A DNA stretch of 64,000 nt, from the NCBI GenBank assembly GCA_026416535.1, contig JAOAFA010000087.1:5438-69437 (forward strand). Reading direction: 5' to 3'. The notes beneath the pieces were generated by a model. The model saw only the letters and a list, made by a program, of their open reading frames with translations. It was not told the DNA's origin and did no database searches. Below, in pieces: positions 17,327 through 29,225 of the stretch (position 1 is the stretch's first letter; every line of letters starts with the position of its first letter). This DNA is from Deltaproteobacteria bacterium. GTDB lineage: Bacteria; Myxococcota; SpSt-1050. The translations under genes and the position numbers were made by a program.

Positions 17327-18721
17327 TTGTGCGGAGGTTACATGAGGGTTAAGTTTCTTGTTTGCTTCTCAATATTGGTTGTGCCTCAGATTCTCTCCTC
17401 TGAAGAGAAATTGAGGTTCTCTGGTGATATAAGGAGTAATCTGTATGTTGGTCTTATATATGGAGATATTTACAATTATTTTAATTCAAATATGGTAACC
17501 CTTAAAGGTGAGGCTAAGCCTAATGATAGTATTAGTGGTGGTTTTGAAATAAGATTGAGGAATGAAAATATAGCTGATTTAGACAGGTTGGACGAGTTAA
17601 AGTATAGGAGATATGTTGAGCCTGTTTCATGGCAATTTTATGAGGCATTTATGCAATTCAATGCAATATTTATGAAAGAATTAGACATAAAAGTTGGTAA
17701 ACAAAGAATATCCTGGGGGACAGCTGATGGATTCAATCCAACTGATAATTTCTCTCCTTTAGACTTGGAAGATCCACTTGATTTTAAGAATAAATTATCA
17801 GTTTGGGCACTTAGTGCAAATTTTTACTACTCCAGATTTGACTTACAACTTGTCTTGCAGCCGCTCTTTGAACCAGCACTCCTCCCAAATATAAATCTAT
17901 TTGCAACGGAATCAAATGTGGTGGTAGACCAATACAAAGATAGAGTTTTAGAGCCTGAACTTATTCTTCCAGAGTTTAGAATAAAGAATTCTATCTACGG
18001 TGCAAGGCTTAAGTATAAGGGAGAAATTTTTGATGTGTCAGCGTCATATTTTCATGGTTATTTAGGCATACCCGTATTAAGGGAGGTGAAGATAGAGACT
18101 GGTGGATTTGCCCTAAAGTCAATAACACCCGTGTTATTTTATCCGACCCAGGATGTATTGGGACTTGATATGGCTGTCGACATTTTTGACATAGGAATAT
18201 TTGGGGAGATGGCATATATAATCCCTGAGAGGGTAGAGCCTCTTTACTATGTAAATGGGCATAAACTGGATGAACAAAGTAAAAGGGCATTTGGAATTAA
18301 TAAGAATATCCTTTCTGTTGAAGATAAACATTATTTGAAATTTGCCGTAGGTCTTGATTATACATTTAAAGGGGGATACTACATAAACGTTCAGTTCGTG
18401 AGGGGATTTTTTAATGAGGTTTCATATTCATCGCTTAATAATTATCTCTTTGCATATCTTAAAAAGGATTTTTTTGATTCAACATTTAATATACAACCCT
18501 CTTTTGGGATAGAGTTTGACTCGGATAGTGATGAGAAATTTGGAGGAGAGGAGATAAGAGGGGAAAAGGCGATCATCTTGTCGCTTGAGGCTACATACTT
18601 TCCATTTAGTAATGGCAAAATTACAATTGGTGGAGCAGTAGCTAGGGGAGATAGAGGAAGCAATCTAGAGATGTTTGAAAAATTAGACCAAATGTACCTA
18701 AAATTTAGGATGGATTTTTAA
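17327..18721 (+). CDS. Putative outer-membrane beta-barrel protein (DUF1302-like partner of MMPL systems).
   Basis: Has a signal peptide, alternating hydrophobic/hydrophilic strands and a C-terminal aromatic residue (…FRMDF), which is typical of outer-membrane barrels. Confidence 0.45.
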   Translation: MCGGYMRVKFLVCFSILVVPQILSSEEKLRFSGDIRSNLYVGLIYGDIYNYFNSNMVTLKGEAKPNDSISGGFEIRLRNENIADLDRLDELKYRRYVEPVSWQFYEAFMQFNAIFMKELDIKVGKQRISWGTADGFNPTDNFSPLDLEDPLDFKNKLSVWALSANFYYSRFDLQLVLQPLFEPALLPNINLFATESNVVVDQYKDRVLEPELILPEFRIKNSIYGARLKYKGEIFDVSASYFHGYLGIPVLREVKIETGGFALKSITPVLFYPTQDVLGLDMAVDIFDIGIFGEMAYIIPERVEPLYYVNGHKLDEQSKRAFGINKNILSVEDKHYLKFAVGLDYTFKGGYYINVQFVRGFFNEVSYSSLNNYLFAYLKKDFFDSTFNIQPSFGIEFDSDSDEKFGGEEIRGEKAIILSLEATYFPFSNGKITIGGAVARGDRGSNLEMFEKLDQMYLKFRMDF

Positions 18722-19276
18722 TTTTTTTAATTCTTCAATTAATTCGGCCATTGGAAGTCCAACGACATTTGTATATGAGCCCCTTATCTCTTTGATGATA
18801 GTTGCACCAATCCCCTGAGCCGCATAAGCTCCTGCCTTGTCCATGGGTTCACCACTTTTAATATAGTCTTTTATCTCATTATTACTGAGCTTGCGAAATC
18901 TTACACTTGTCTTTACGACTCTAGTGATTGTTCGATTTTTAAAGTAAATACAAAAGGCCGTATAGACGGTATGCCATTTGTTTTGCAACAGCCTGAGCAT
19001 CCTAAATGCATCTTTTTCATCTTGTGGTTTACCAAATATTTTTCTTTTTAAAACAACTATTGTATCAGCTGATATTATCACGTGCTCATCCGTGTGCTTG
19101 ATTTTTTTTAGGATGGAGTTTACCTTATCTTTAGCCGCTCGCGACACAAATTGAGTTGGGGTTTCACCTTTGCTAGGAATTTCTTGGGTGTTGGGATGTA
19201 TAACTTTGAATATTAGACCATAATTTTTTAGTAGTTCTCTTCTGCGTGGAGAGGATGAACCAAGAATTAGTTTCAT
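18698..19276 (-). CDS. maf: Maf-like nucleoside-triphosphate pyrophosphatase. Start taken at MKLILG, which has a GGAGGT ribosome-binding site.
   Basis: 'LILGSSSPRRRELL' at the N-terminus and 'ISADTIVV' match Maf. Confidence 0.85.
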   Translation of the reverse strand: MKLILGSSSPRRRELLKNYGLIFKVIHPNTQEIPSKGETPTQFVSRAAKDKVNSILKKIKHTDEHVIISADTIVVLKRKIFGKPQDEKDAFRMLRLLQNKWHTVYTAFCIYFKNRTITRVVKTSVRFRKLSNNEIKDYIKSGEPMDKAGAYAAQGIGATIIKEIRGSYTNVVGLPMAELIEELKKLKIHPKF

Positions 19277-19403
19277 ATAACCTCCATGCACGTTTTAGAA
19301 TTAAATGAATTATTTGTGAAATTCAATAATAAATTATGAACTTTTTAAGGCATTGTAAAAGCCTGGAGGATGTTATTTATAGGTGTTTTTATTTGTGTTA
19401 GTT

Positions 19404-20510
19404 TTACTCTCCATAGGGGTCATCTGTCTGTATCTCTTCTGCGTTTCTCTTATTAGATTCAATTCTGTTTCTAACAAATGCGATCATAGGTTTTAGATAA
19501 TTTTCAAAATGTGGTGCCTCAATACCAGATCCTTTCAAGTATTTATCAGTATTTGTATGAGAAAAGATAATAAACTGATTTAAGACATCAAATAGTGGAA
19601 TATAGTTTGGTATTAACTTTTTGAGAAGGTTTATTTTTAGAAGAGATGTAAGAATATTTGAAGGTGGATAGAACATATTTATTTTTTTGCCAGTCTCTTT
19701 GGAGATTGCATCAAGAGCGGTCTTTATGGATACTGGGTTTGGGTCAACAATATGGAATATTCGTCGAGTAGAATCTGAATTTTTGCTTATATAGTAGACG
19801 GCTTTTATTAAATAGTCTATTGGGACAATGTTTAAGGGTGCTGTGCCTCTATGGGGTATTGGGAGAGGAAATTTCATATCTGTAATAAAGAGGAGGTAAA
19901 GAAGGGCATAGAAACCGTCGAGTTTTTCTGCCTCCCCTGTTGTTGAATCTCCTCCAATCAGAGGAGCACGGAATATCCTCCATAATAGATTACTTTCAGA
20001 CATTATCATCATTTCAGCGACCTGTCTGCTCTTGTAAAGAAAGCAGCTGTACCTTGATTGAACTACGGGCTCTTCAAAGGCGAGTCCTGAATGATTTTCG
20101 AATACCATACAGGATGAGAGATAATTTAGAGGAACGTCTCTCCCAGTATCCTTTACAAATTGGATAATATTTTTTGTGCCTAATATGTTTACTTTTTTAA
20201 TTATATCATCAGGGGTATTTGGATAATAAATGGAGGCAAAATGATAAACATCAGTAACATTATTTAATAGAAATCTGTATTCCTCTGAAGAAAAACCTAA
20301 ATGCATTGTAGCGATATCACCAATGATAGTTCGGACATTCGTCTTAAGATTGTTATTTTCAATAAATGATTTGGCTCGTTTCTCAAATTTGGATGGGACT
20401 AGGACTGCGACATAGTTTTCCTCACTTTGCGCGATGTGGAGGATTAGTTTGCGGGCTGTAAATAAAGGAAAACCTGTAACAAGGAATACTTTTTGAGTAC
20501 CTCTTCCCAT
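19404..20510 (-). CDS. NAD(P)-binding reductase of the thioester-reductase / fatty-acyl-CoA-reductase type (SDR superfamily).
   Basis: The N-terminal 'VFLVTGFPLFTARKL' resembles a glycine-rich Rossmann motif. A Y…K pair (YKSRQ) is present and the length is about 370 aa. Confidence 0.55.
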   Translation of the reverse strand: MGRGTQKVFLVTGFPLFTARKLILHIAQSEENYVAVLVPSKFEKRAKSFIENNNLKTNVRTIIGDIATMHLGFSSEEYRFLLNNVTDVYHFASIYYPNTPDDIIKKVNILGTKNIIQFVKDTGRDVPLNYLSSCMVFENHSGLAFEEPVVQSRYSCFLYKSRQVAEMMIMSESNLLWRIFRAPLIGGDSTTGEAEKLDGFYALLYLLFITDMKFPLPIPHRGTAPLNIVPIDYLIKAVYYISKNSDSTRRIFHIVDPNPVSIKTALDAISKETGKKINMFYPPSNILTSLLKINLLKKLIPNYIPLFDVLNQFIIFSHTNTDKYLKGSGIEAPHFENYLKPMIAFVRNRIESNKRNAEEIQTDDPYGE

Positions 20511-20515
20511 AATGC

Positions 20516-20986
20516 CTATACTTTCTTAGAGATATATGTCTCAATTATGAATTTAAAGGTCTCAGAATTTTCTTGCAGTAGCTTAACGAATTCGGAGAAT
20601 GCATTAAGTATAAGTCTTAATGACATCTGTGGATTGGTCTTATTTAGCTCTATAAATTTTTGCCGAGGTAGCTTAAGAATTGTTGTATTCTCTTGGGCAA
20701 CAGCATTGATTAAATGTTCGAAATTGCCGATGAGAGATAATAATCCCAGTGTTTCATTCTGGATCAATCTACCAATCATTATTTGTTTACCTTCCGAGTT
20801 TTTGATATAGATGTTTACGCAGCCTTCCATGATTATATAAAGCGCGTCTGCAGGTGTATTCTCCTCAAACACAATTCCTCCTGATTCATATTCTAATTCC
20901 TCAAATACCTCAGCGAATTTTAAGATAGATGCCTCGTCAAATCCCTTAAATAGACTATTGCTTTTTAGAAACTCAATTTGATCCAC
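20516..20986 (-). CDS. Stand-alone cyclic-nucleotide-binding domain protein.
   Basis: cNMP-binding beta-roll pattern (FEENTPADALYIIMEGCVNIYI...GRLIQNETLGLLSLI). There is no DNA-binding domain. Confidence 0.7.
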   Translation of the reverse strand: MDQIEFLKSNSLFKGFDEASILKFAEVFEELEYESGGIVFEENTPADALYIIMEGCVNIYIKNSEGKQIMIGRLIQNETLGLLSLIGNFEHLINAVAQENTTILKLPRQKFIELNKTNPQMSLRLILNAFSEFVKLLQENSETFKFIIETYISKKV

Positions 20987-21513
20987 TATTTCTCCTTGTT
21001 CATAATTAGGTAATCTTCCTTGAGTTCAAGGTAGTGTTTGTGGAAGTATTCGAATCTTTTGACTTCTTCTCTTGTAAATGTCTTTTTGATCTTAGCAGGT
21101 ACTCCGACTACGAGAGAATAAGGGGGGATCTTTGTGTTTTCAGTGAGGACAGCCCCTGCAGCTACAACAGAATATTCTCCGATTTCAGTTCCATCTAATA
21201 GAGTGGCATTCATACCTATTAACACGTCATTTTCAATTTTTGCACCATGTATTGTAGCCTTGTGTCCTATTGTTACTCTGTCGCCTATTATGACTGGAGG
21301 ACCTTGCCTTGAAACGTGGATTAAGACTAAGTCTTGAATACTGCATTGAGAACCAATACGAATACTGTTCATATCACCCCTAATTACTGTGTTAAACCAC
21401 ACATTTGAATCATCTCCTATGACAACATCACCGATTATAAATGCCCCCTCAGCTATAAATACATCCTTTCCAATCTCTGGTTTTTTTCCTTTATATTCAA
21501 TCAGCCTTGCCAT
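20986..21513 (-). CDS. Gamma-carbonic-anhydrase / hexapeptide-repeat (LbH) family protein.
   Basis: Left-handed-helix hexapeptide repeats (IGDVVIGDDSNVWFNTVIRGD...) and a YrdA/PaaY-like N-terminus. Confidence 0.85.
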   Translation of the reverse strand: MARLIEYKGKKPEIGKDVFIAEGAFIIGDVVIGDDSNVWFNTVIRGDMNSIRIGSQCSIQDLVLIHVSRQGPPVIIGDRVTIGHKATIHGAKIENDVLIGMNATLLDGTEIGEYSVVAAGAVLTENTKIPPYSLVVGVPAKIKKTFTREEVKRFEYFHKHYLELKEDYLIMNKEK

Positions 21514-21907
21514 ATTTTTTCTCCTTCCATGAAATTACATATAACACAACTATATAAAAAATTGAACCAATAAAACCACCTATAGTGTCAGCAAGAATAT
21601 CTCCTATGGAGACTATCCTGTTTGGCACATACAACTGATGGTATTCATCGGAGCAACCAAATAGAAATGAGAAGAATGCTGATGTTAGAACACCTCTTAT
21701 TTTAAAACTACTACCAACGGAGTTCAGGTATGCCCTCATAAATAGGAACCCTAGTACTGCATATTCTAATATATGTAATATTTTGTCATGATTTAATAGA
21801 GGTATGGTGCCAATTTCTATACTTAATGAAGAGAACGTGTAGATCAACAGTAGGTATAATATTACAGGGACATAATAATAAAAAAACAGTATTAAGGATC
21901 TTATCAT
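21497..21907 (-). CDS. VanZ-like small membrane protein.
   Basis: Four TM helices and a 'DKILHILEYAVLGFL' VanZ-like core. Confidence 0.5.
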   Translation of the reverse strand: MIRSLILFFYYYVPVILYLLLIYTFSSLSIEIGTIPLLNHDKILHILEYAVLGFLFMRAYLNSVGSSFKIRGVLTSAFFSFLFGCSDEYHQLYVPNRIVSIGDILADTIGGFIGSIFYIVVLYVISWKEKKYGKAD

Positions 21908-21918
21908 GAGTTGGGAAC

Positions 21919-22386
21919 TTACATCTTGTATTTGCCGAAATCTTCTATAGAGAGAGAGCCTAGATATTCTTTGAGTCTCTCGTCTGGGTCCATTTTCTCT
22001 CGCATCTTTTCAAATACCTCTTCATTAATAAAGATTGGTGCATTCATCCTCAGGGCAACAGCAATTGCATCCGATGGTCTTGAGTCAATGCTGACCTCTC
22101 TATTATCTATTCCGATAACAATTTGTGCATAGAAGGTATTTTCGAGTAGGCTTGTAATTATAATTCTTTCTACACTGGCGTCTATACCGACTAAGATATT
22201 CTTTATTAGATCATGGGTCATGGGTCTTGCAGGCTCTATGCCCTCAATGGCATTCTGTATAGCTATTGCCTCAACAGGTCCGATCCATATTGGTAGTTGA
22301 ATGTTATCTTCTATTGATTTTAATACAACGACTGGAATTTTGTCTTTCTCGTCAAGCAATATTCCTACTACTTCTGCTCTCTTCAT
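21919..22386 (-). CDS. Bifunctional-nuclease (BFN/DUF151) domain protein.
   Basis: 'VVVLKSIEDNIQLPIWIGPVEAIAIQNAIEGIEPARPMTHDL' matches the BFN domain core. Confidence 0.65.
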   Translation of the reverse strand: MKRAEVVGILLDEKDKIPVVVLKSIEDNIQLPIWIGPVEAIAIQNAIEGIEPARPMTHDLIKNILVGIDASVERIIITSLLENTFYAQIVIGIDNREVSIDSRPSDAIAVALRMNAPIFINEEVFEKMREKMDPDERLKEYLGSLSIEDFGKYKM

Positions 22387-23698
22387 GGTGTTCTCCTTTC
22401 CATAGCTCTCCTAAGAGTGAATGTTTGAGGGCTTTTGTAATTTTGACTTTGACAATCTTTCCCTTTAATTCTTCATTAGATATTATGTTAACAACCCTAT
22501 TGCAGGAAGTTCTTGAGATGTACTGTCCTTGAAATTTCTCTGATTTCTCTTCTACAAGTACATCCAGTACCTTCCCCTCAAGATTTCTGTTTTTCTCCTG
22601 AGCTATTTCCTCGATTCGGCCTTGTAGTATCTTAAGTCTAATCTCCTTTGTTTTTGGAGGGACATCATCTCTTAGTTTTCTATATGCTATTGTCATTGGG
22701 CGGGGGGAATACTTGAAGGAAAATGCTGTATCAAATTTTACCTCTTCAACGAGAGATAGGGTATCCTCAAAGTCCTGGTCTGTTTCGGTTGGGAACCCCA
22801 CAATAATATCTGTTGTAATTGAGATATTCTTCCTAATATCTCTTAGTTTTTTCGTAATTTCTATATAGTGTTGGCGAGAATATTTTCTGTTCATAAGTGA
22901 TAGAATTCTGTCAGAGCCAGACTGAACAGGCAAGTGGATATGATTACACAGTTTTGGTAAGTAACTAAAAGCCATTATTAGTTTATTAGATACATCTTTG
23001 GGATGAGAAGTGGTAAATCTTATTCTCTCAAGTCCTTCTATACTGTGAATATCTTCAAGGAGATCAACGAAATCTGTGTTACTATGTTTGTCATAGTATG
23101 AATTAACATTTTGTCCCAAAATTGTTATTTCTTTTACGCCATTCTCAACTCTTTTTTTTATCTCCTCTAGAATCACTGTCTTTGGGCGGGAGAATTCCCT
23201 ACCTCTTAGATATGGAACTATGCAAAACGAACAGAAGTTGTCACATCCTTTTGTAATATTTACAAAGGCTGTTACACTGTCTTTATCAATCAAAAACTTT
23301 TCTTCGTTGACATAACCTGTATCGGAAGTATCTATTATAGAACGCCTTTCTTTTAGAACCTGGTTTAGTAAAATTGGAAGGTCTTTTATTTGTTGTGGAC
23401 CAAAAATGAGGTCAATGTTTGGAAATCTCTCTTTCAACCTTTCACCCTCTTGTTTAGCAAAGCATCCACATATGGCGACGATCTTTTTGCCTTGGTTCTT
23501 CGATTTGATGTATCTTCCCACGGCTGATAGGGCTTTTTGAGATGGCTTTTCCCTCACAGAGCATGTATTGATAATAATGATATCTGCATTTCTGCTAGAG
23601 TTAGTCTCAAAATGCCCTTCCATTCTGAGAAGGGCATTTATTTCCTCCGAGTCTCTTTCGTTCATTTGGCAACCGTATGTTTCAATGTAGAAATTCAT
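22352..23698 (-). CDS. miaB: tRNA methylthiotransferase (MiaB/RimO family).
   Basis: N-terminal MTTase domain 'YIETYGCQMNERDSE', a radical-SAM CxxxCxxC (CDNFCSFC) and a C-terminal TRAM domain. Confidence 0.85.
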   Translation of the reverse strand: MNFYIETYGCQMNERDSEEINALLRMEGHFETNSSRNADIIIINTCSVREKPSQKALSAVGRYIKSKNQGKKIVAICGCFAKQEGERLKERFPNIDLIFGPQQIKDLPILLNQVLKERRSIIDTSDTGYVNEEKFLIDKDSVTAFVNITKGCDNFCSFCIVPYLRGREFSRPKTVILEEIKKRVENGVKEITILGQNVNSYYDKHSNTDFVDLLEDIHSIEGLERIRFTTSHPKDVSNKLIMAFSYLPKLCNHIHLPVQSGSDRILSLMNRKYSRQHYIEITKKLRDIRKNISITTDIIVGFPTETDQDFEDTLSLVEEVKFDTAFSFKYSPRPMTIAYRKLRDDVPPKTKEIRLKILQGRIEEIAQEKNRNLEGKVLDVLVEEKSEKFQGQYISRTSCNRVVNIISNEELKGKIVKVKITKALKHSLLGELWKGEHHEESRSSRNIA

Positions 23699-24087
23699 AA
23701 TCTAATTAATCATAATTATACTCTTAACTTAAGTCAATAGTAAATTCTGTATCAAAAGTTATATTGACTTGATCTACCATAAGGTCTTAGTTAGGAGCCA
23801 TACTAACTCTCCCTTACTTAGTTTGTTCTAAGGTGATCACGAGTGATAATAGTCTTTGTGTTTAAGTGGGTTGTATATAGTTGATGTAGTTTTTTATATA
23901 AACTCTTTGGAACCGTGAATAATTTTATGTTTAATCGAATAGACACATTGTGTGTATTCTTTTATGTAGTACATTGTTTTTAAACTGATAGCCGTGTTTA
24001 TAGGTGTACCACCAGATAGGAGATTCTACAACGGTTAAGAGATAAAATTAATTTTGACAAAATAGGAAATTTTGTATTAAATTAATA

Positions 24088-25377
24088 TTGCTGATGGGTT
24101 GTTACTTTATACATCATTTTCTTGAACGAAAAAGATCGAACTCATCACAGCCAGCCTTCAGACATAAGATCAACAATGAGTGGATATCATACACATGGGA
24201 TGATGTTTATAGAAGATGTAATACCTTAATTTGCTATATGAATCATATTACGGAGGGTGGTTCGTATATTGGGATATTAGGTAAAAACTCTTTAAACTGG
24301 ATTATAGTGGATTATTCATGTTTATTATCTGATAGGATCTCACTGCCGTTTCATATATGGATGGATAGAGAGAGGCTTTTGCACCACCTCTCTTTTGTTT
24401 CATTACTTTTTGTTGACAGCGGGTTTATACCATTTGTAAGGGGTGAGTTTCCTGATGAAAGAATTGTAACGTTAGATAGAAAAGTAGTGGGTTTTACATT
24501 TTTGGGAGAGATCTTCGATAGAGAGACAAAAGAGGATTTTATCGAAAAGTATGAGCGTGATATTAGAGAAGATGAGGTCACAACTGTTCTTTTTACATCT
24601 GGTAATCGTGGAAATTGTACGGGTTCTCTTATAACACAAGGTGCTCTTGCTTTTGAACTTAACTCATTGAAGAAGATGATGATCTATGATGCCTCCACAG
24701 ACGAACAGATGATATTTATGCCTTTTTCTCAAACGTTGGGGAGGCTCGCGGAGATATTACCAGTTGCCTATGGATTCCCTACCGCCATAGTTAATCTTGT
24801 AGATGCCAGCAAACTGGCATCTGATATGAAAGAGGTCCAACCGACTGTGATGGTTGCGTATCCAGATTATTTTATTTATTTGAAAAATGCATTTGAACAG
24901 ATTTTTGAAACTGCCCCACTTTATAAAAAGGTGGGTTTTGAGGCCCTAGCGCACTTAAAGCTAGAGAATAATAAACTCGCAAAAAAATTTAAGGAGCTTA
25001 TCAAAAATACTATTAAAACCCATATAGGCAAGAATATAAGATTCTTTATATGTGGCGGTGGAAAATTGGATAGAGCGATTATTGAATTCTTTGATAACTT
25101 AAAAATACCTATATTACTTGGTTATGGTATGGCGGAAACATCTGGTGCTACTCATATGAATACCTTAGAGAGGAGGAAGGTCGGTTCTGTTGGTCTACCA
25201 CTTGAAGGGGTTGAGACAAGGATTGGTGATGATGGATATATTTGCATTAGAGGCCCTAATCTTCTAAAGGGATATTTAAATGGTGATAGAACGCCAGCGA
25301 TTACTCCTGATGGGTGGCTTAAAACTGATGATATGGGAGAGATTGATGAAGACGGATTTTTATTTATTAAGAGTTAG
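24088..25377 (+). CDS. AMP-dependent synthetase/ligase (acyl-CoA-synthetase-like). It is C-terminally truncated and has a degenerate phosphate-binding loop, so it may be a pseudogene or a domain-only paralog.
   Basis: The loop reads 'FTSGNRGNCTGS' instead of TSGTTGxPKG. The protein ends at '...GWLKTDDMGEIDEDGFLFIKS*', exactly at the hinge before the ~110-aa C-terminal subdomain that normally carries the catalytic Lys. No continuation is found in any frame. Confidence 0.6.
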   Translation: MLMGCYFIHHFLERKRSNSSQPAFRHKINNEWISYTWDDVYRRCNTLICYMNHITEGGSYIGILGKNSLNWIIVDYSCLLSDRISLPFHIWMDRERLLHHLSFVSLLFVDSGFIPFVRGEFPDERIVTLDRKVVGFTFLGEIFDRETKEDFIEKYERDIREDEVTTVLFTSGNRGNCTGSLITQGALAFELNSLKKMMIYDASTDEQMIFMPFSQTLGRLAEILPVAYGFPTAIVNLVDASKLASDMKEVQPTVMVAYPDYFIYLKNAFEQIFETAPLYKKVGFEALAHLKLENNKLAKKFKELIKNTIKTHIGKNIRFFICGGGKLDRAIIEFFDNLKIPILLGYGMAETSGATHMNTLERRKVGSVGLPLEGVETRIGDDGYICIRGPNLLKGYLNGDRTPAITPDGWLKTDDMGEIDEDGFLFIKS

Positions 25378-25447
25378 GGATTTTTGGTTGAAGAGTAGAA
25401 ATTTTGAGAGCTCTATTGGATAATAATATTATTTAAGGAGGGATATA

Positions 25448-26548
25448 GTGAGGCGATGCTGGTTATTTAAATTAGCAATGAGTATTATGATTGTTTTTAC
25501 ATTCCTTTCATGTAAGAGTGAACCTAAGGAGATAAAAATAGGATTTATAGGATCGCTTACAGGGAATTTTTCCGCATATGGTAAAAGGGCGCTCGAAGGC
25601 ACAAAACTTGCCATCGAAGAGATAAATAAGAATGGGGGAATTAATGGTAAGAGACTTGTTCTTTACTTGGAAGATGATCGATCAATGGGAGAGCCAGCAC
25701 TAGAGTCAGTGACTAAGCTTGTGGAGTTTGACAAGGTAAATGTAATCTTGGCATTTGCTTCACCCCCAGCGCTTGCTCTTGCTGGTCCTAAGGCGGAACA
25801 AGAAAAGGTTGTGTTTGTTTCATCTCGAACTATTACATCTACGAGTAACGAAGCCGGAGAATACCTTTTTCAATCCTATTCTGAAGGAACTCTTGAGGCT
25901 ATAGAACTAGCGATAGTAGCTAGAAGCAAACTCAAGGCGAAATCAGCATCCATTCTTTACTCGAATGTGCCAGTTGCAATAAATCTTGCACAGGTTTTTA
26001 AAAAGAACTTTCAGGAGAGGGGTGGTGAGATCGCCAGTTTTGATTTTTATCCTCCCAAAAGAACCAATTTCAAGGCTGATGTTGAGGCGATCAAGAGGCA
26101 TGAACCTGATGTAATTTATATTGTTGGAGACTTTGATGAGATGCTATTGATAGCAAAGACTATATCTCAGTTGGGATTGAAAAAGCATGTTATTGTTTCT
26201 GGGATTTCTGGAGCCGAAGTTATCCAGGAGATTCAGAAGTATACGGACAAGCTTATATTTTTGGCCCCAGATTTGTCTATTTCAAATATTCAGGCTGAAA
26301 TTGTCAAATTGAATGTTTCAAGGGAGCAAATGGATCTATTTGTTGGAGAGGCATATGATATTACTCATTATTTGGCATATATAATAGGAAAATACGGGAG
26401 TAGTTCTGAGATGATTGCTCAAGGGATAATGAAAGAACCTATATTTACTGGAGTAAATGGGCGGCACAAAATGATGCGAGGTAATCAGAATCCTCAGATA
26501 CAACCAGTTATGACTATTAAAGATGGTCGATATGTGCCGTTAGACTAA
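25448..26548 (+). CDS. ABC transporter periplasmic substrate-binding protein (branched-chain amino acid / LivK-like family).
   Basis: Signal peptide plus a Cys anchor (LSCKS), and 'IKIGFIGSLTGNFSAYGKRALEGTKLAIEEINKNGGINGKRL', which is typical of the Peripla_BP_6 family. Confidence 0.8.
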   Translation: MRRCWLFKLAMSIMIVFTFLSCKSEPKEIKIGFIGSLTGNFSAYGKRALEGTKLAIEEINKNGGINGKRLVLYLEDDRSMGEPALESVTKLVEFDKVNVILAFASPPALALAGPKAEQEKVVFVSSRTITSTSNEAGEYLFQSYSEGTLEAIELAIVARSKLKAKSASILYSNVPVAINLAQVFKKNFQERGGEIASFDFYPPKRTNFKADVEAIKRHEPDVIYIVGDFDEMLLIAKTISQLGLKKHVIVSGISGAEVIQEIQKYTDKLIFLAPDLSISNIQAEIVKLNVSREQMDLFVGEAYDITHYLAYIIGKYGSSSEMIAQGIMKEPIFTGVNGRHKMMRGNQNPQIQPVMTIKDGRYVPLD

Positions 26549-26586
26549 AATAGATAGTAAAGAGCAAAACATGTTTTATATTGTTT

Positions 26587-28056
<1,470 letters not shown>

Positions 28057-28190
28057 TCAAGTAGATGAAAGGGTAGATATTATAAATTTACTGCCATTAC
28101 AATGAAAATCAGCTAAATAAATAAAAACTGGCAAGAGCTATTTATTATGACTCTTGCCAGCCAAGGAGGAGCCTATAACACATGAGGGCA

Positions 28191-28994
28191 CTAGTACTCT
28201 TCTTTAATAGCCTCTTCTTTCCTCTTCTTGTAGAGCATTACTTCCATAATGGGACCAAGCAGTGTATAAATTCCTATTAGTGAAAACAGGGCTAGAGGTA
28301 GATTTATTACTACTGAGACATATATTGTGGCTATTAAAATTAGGACAGTTACTGAGAAGTTTTTTGGAGTAGGTCTGACATGTTTGAACGTTGGATATCT
28401 TATATTACTTACCATTAAATAAGAGATAATAGCAGTTAGAATGAGCATGTTGACAGGGGTATTTAGTTTAACTAACTCGTTTGTAGCAAATGAATGGTTC
28501 ATTGTGAGGAACAGAGAGACGACTATACCTGCAGCACCTGGTATTGGTAACCCTACAAAGTATTCCGAGGATTGTTTAGAATTCTTTAGGGAAATTACAT
28601 TGAATCTGGCAAGTCTGAGGGCCCCACAGGTTGCAAACATAGCGGCAGCTGCTACACCAAGTATGCCTAATTCATAAAGACCCCATTTGTATAATAAAAA
28701 TGCCGGTGCAACTCCAAACGCTACGAGGTCGGCAAGAGAATCAAGTTGCATTCCAAATAAGCTCTCAGTCTTTGTCAACCTTGCAACCCTTCCATCCATA
28801 GAATCAAAAAGAATTGAAAAGCAGATAGCTATTGCAGAGTTAATAAGACCCTGAACGCTACCTGTGGACGCGGATATTATTGCATAAATTCCTAGTGTTA
28901 AACTTGATATTGTAAAAAGATTTGGTAAAACATAGATAATTGGTATCTTTCTCTTCACAAAGGCTCTCCCCTTAAACAAAATAAATATTATCAA
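28191..28994 (-). CDS. pssA: CDP-alcohol phosphatidyltransferase, probably phosphatidylserine synthase.
   Basis: 'DSMDGRVARLTKTESLFGMQLDSLADLVAFGVAPA' matches the CDP-OH phosphatidyltransferase motif D-G-x2-A-R-x8-G-x3-D-x3-D. The exact start is uncertain. Confidence 0.8.
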   Translation of the reverse strand: MIIFILFKGRAFVKRKIPIIYVLPNLFTISSLTLGIYAIISASTGSVQGLINSAIAICFSILFDSMDGRVARLTKTESLFGMQLDSLADLVAFGVAPAFLLYKWGLYELGILGVAAAAMFATCGALRLARFNVISLKNSKQSSEYFVGLPIPGAAGIVVSLFLTMNHSFATNELVKLNTPVNMLILTAIISYLMVSNIRYPTFKHVRPTPKNFSVTVLILIATIYVSVVINLPLALFSLIGIYTLLGPIMEVMLYKKRKEEAIKEEY

Positions 28995-29225
28995 CTGATA
29001 TGCCAGAAAACATAAACGGTTCCAATTTAACGCATTGATTTGATTGATTTTTTTGAGTATAAATGTTCTATGTAATAATAAAATTGTGTAATAAAGTTCC
29101 CAGTGCGTAAGAATTTACGCATTTGGAGTAGTGTGAGGAATTGTCTCTTTTTTAATTTTACAATTAAAATTGGTTAACACTTCTGTCCGAAGATTAAGTA
29201 GTTAGAAGGTGAGGAGAGGTATTCT

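Noticed and set aside
26549-26586. Imperfect AT-rich hairpin between the convergent substrate-binding-protein gene and guaB.
   Set aside because: The stem carries a mismatch and has very low GC, so it is too weak to call a terminator with confidence.
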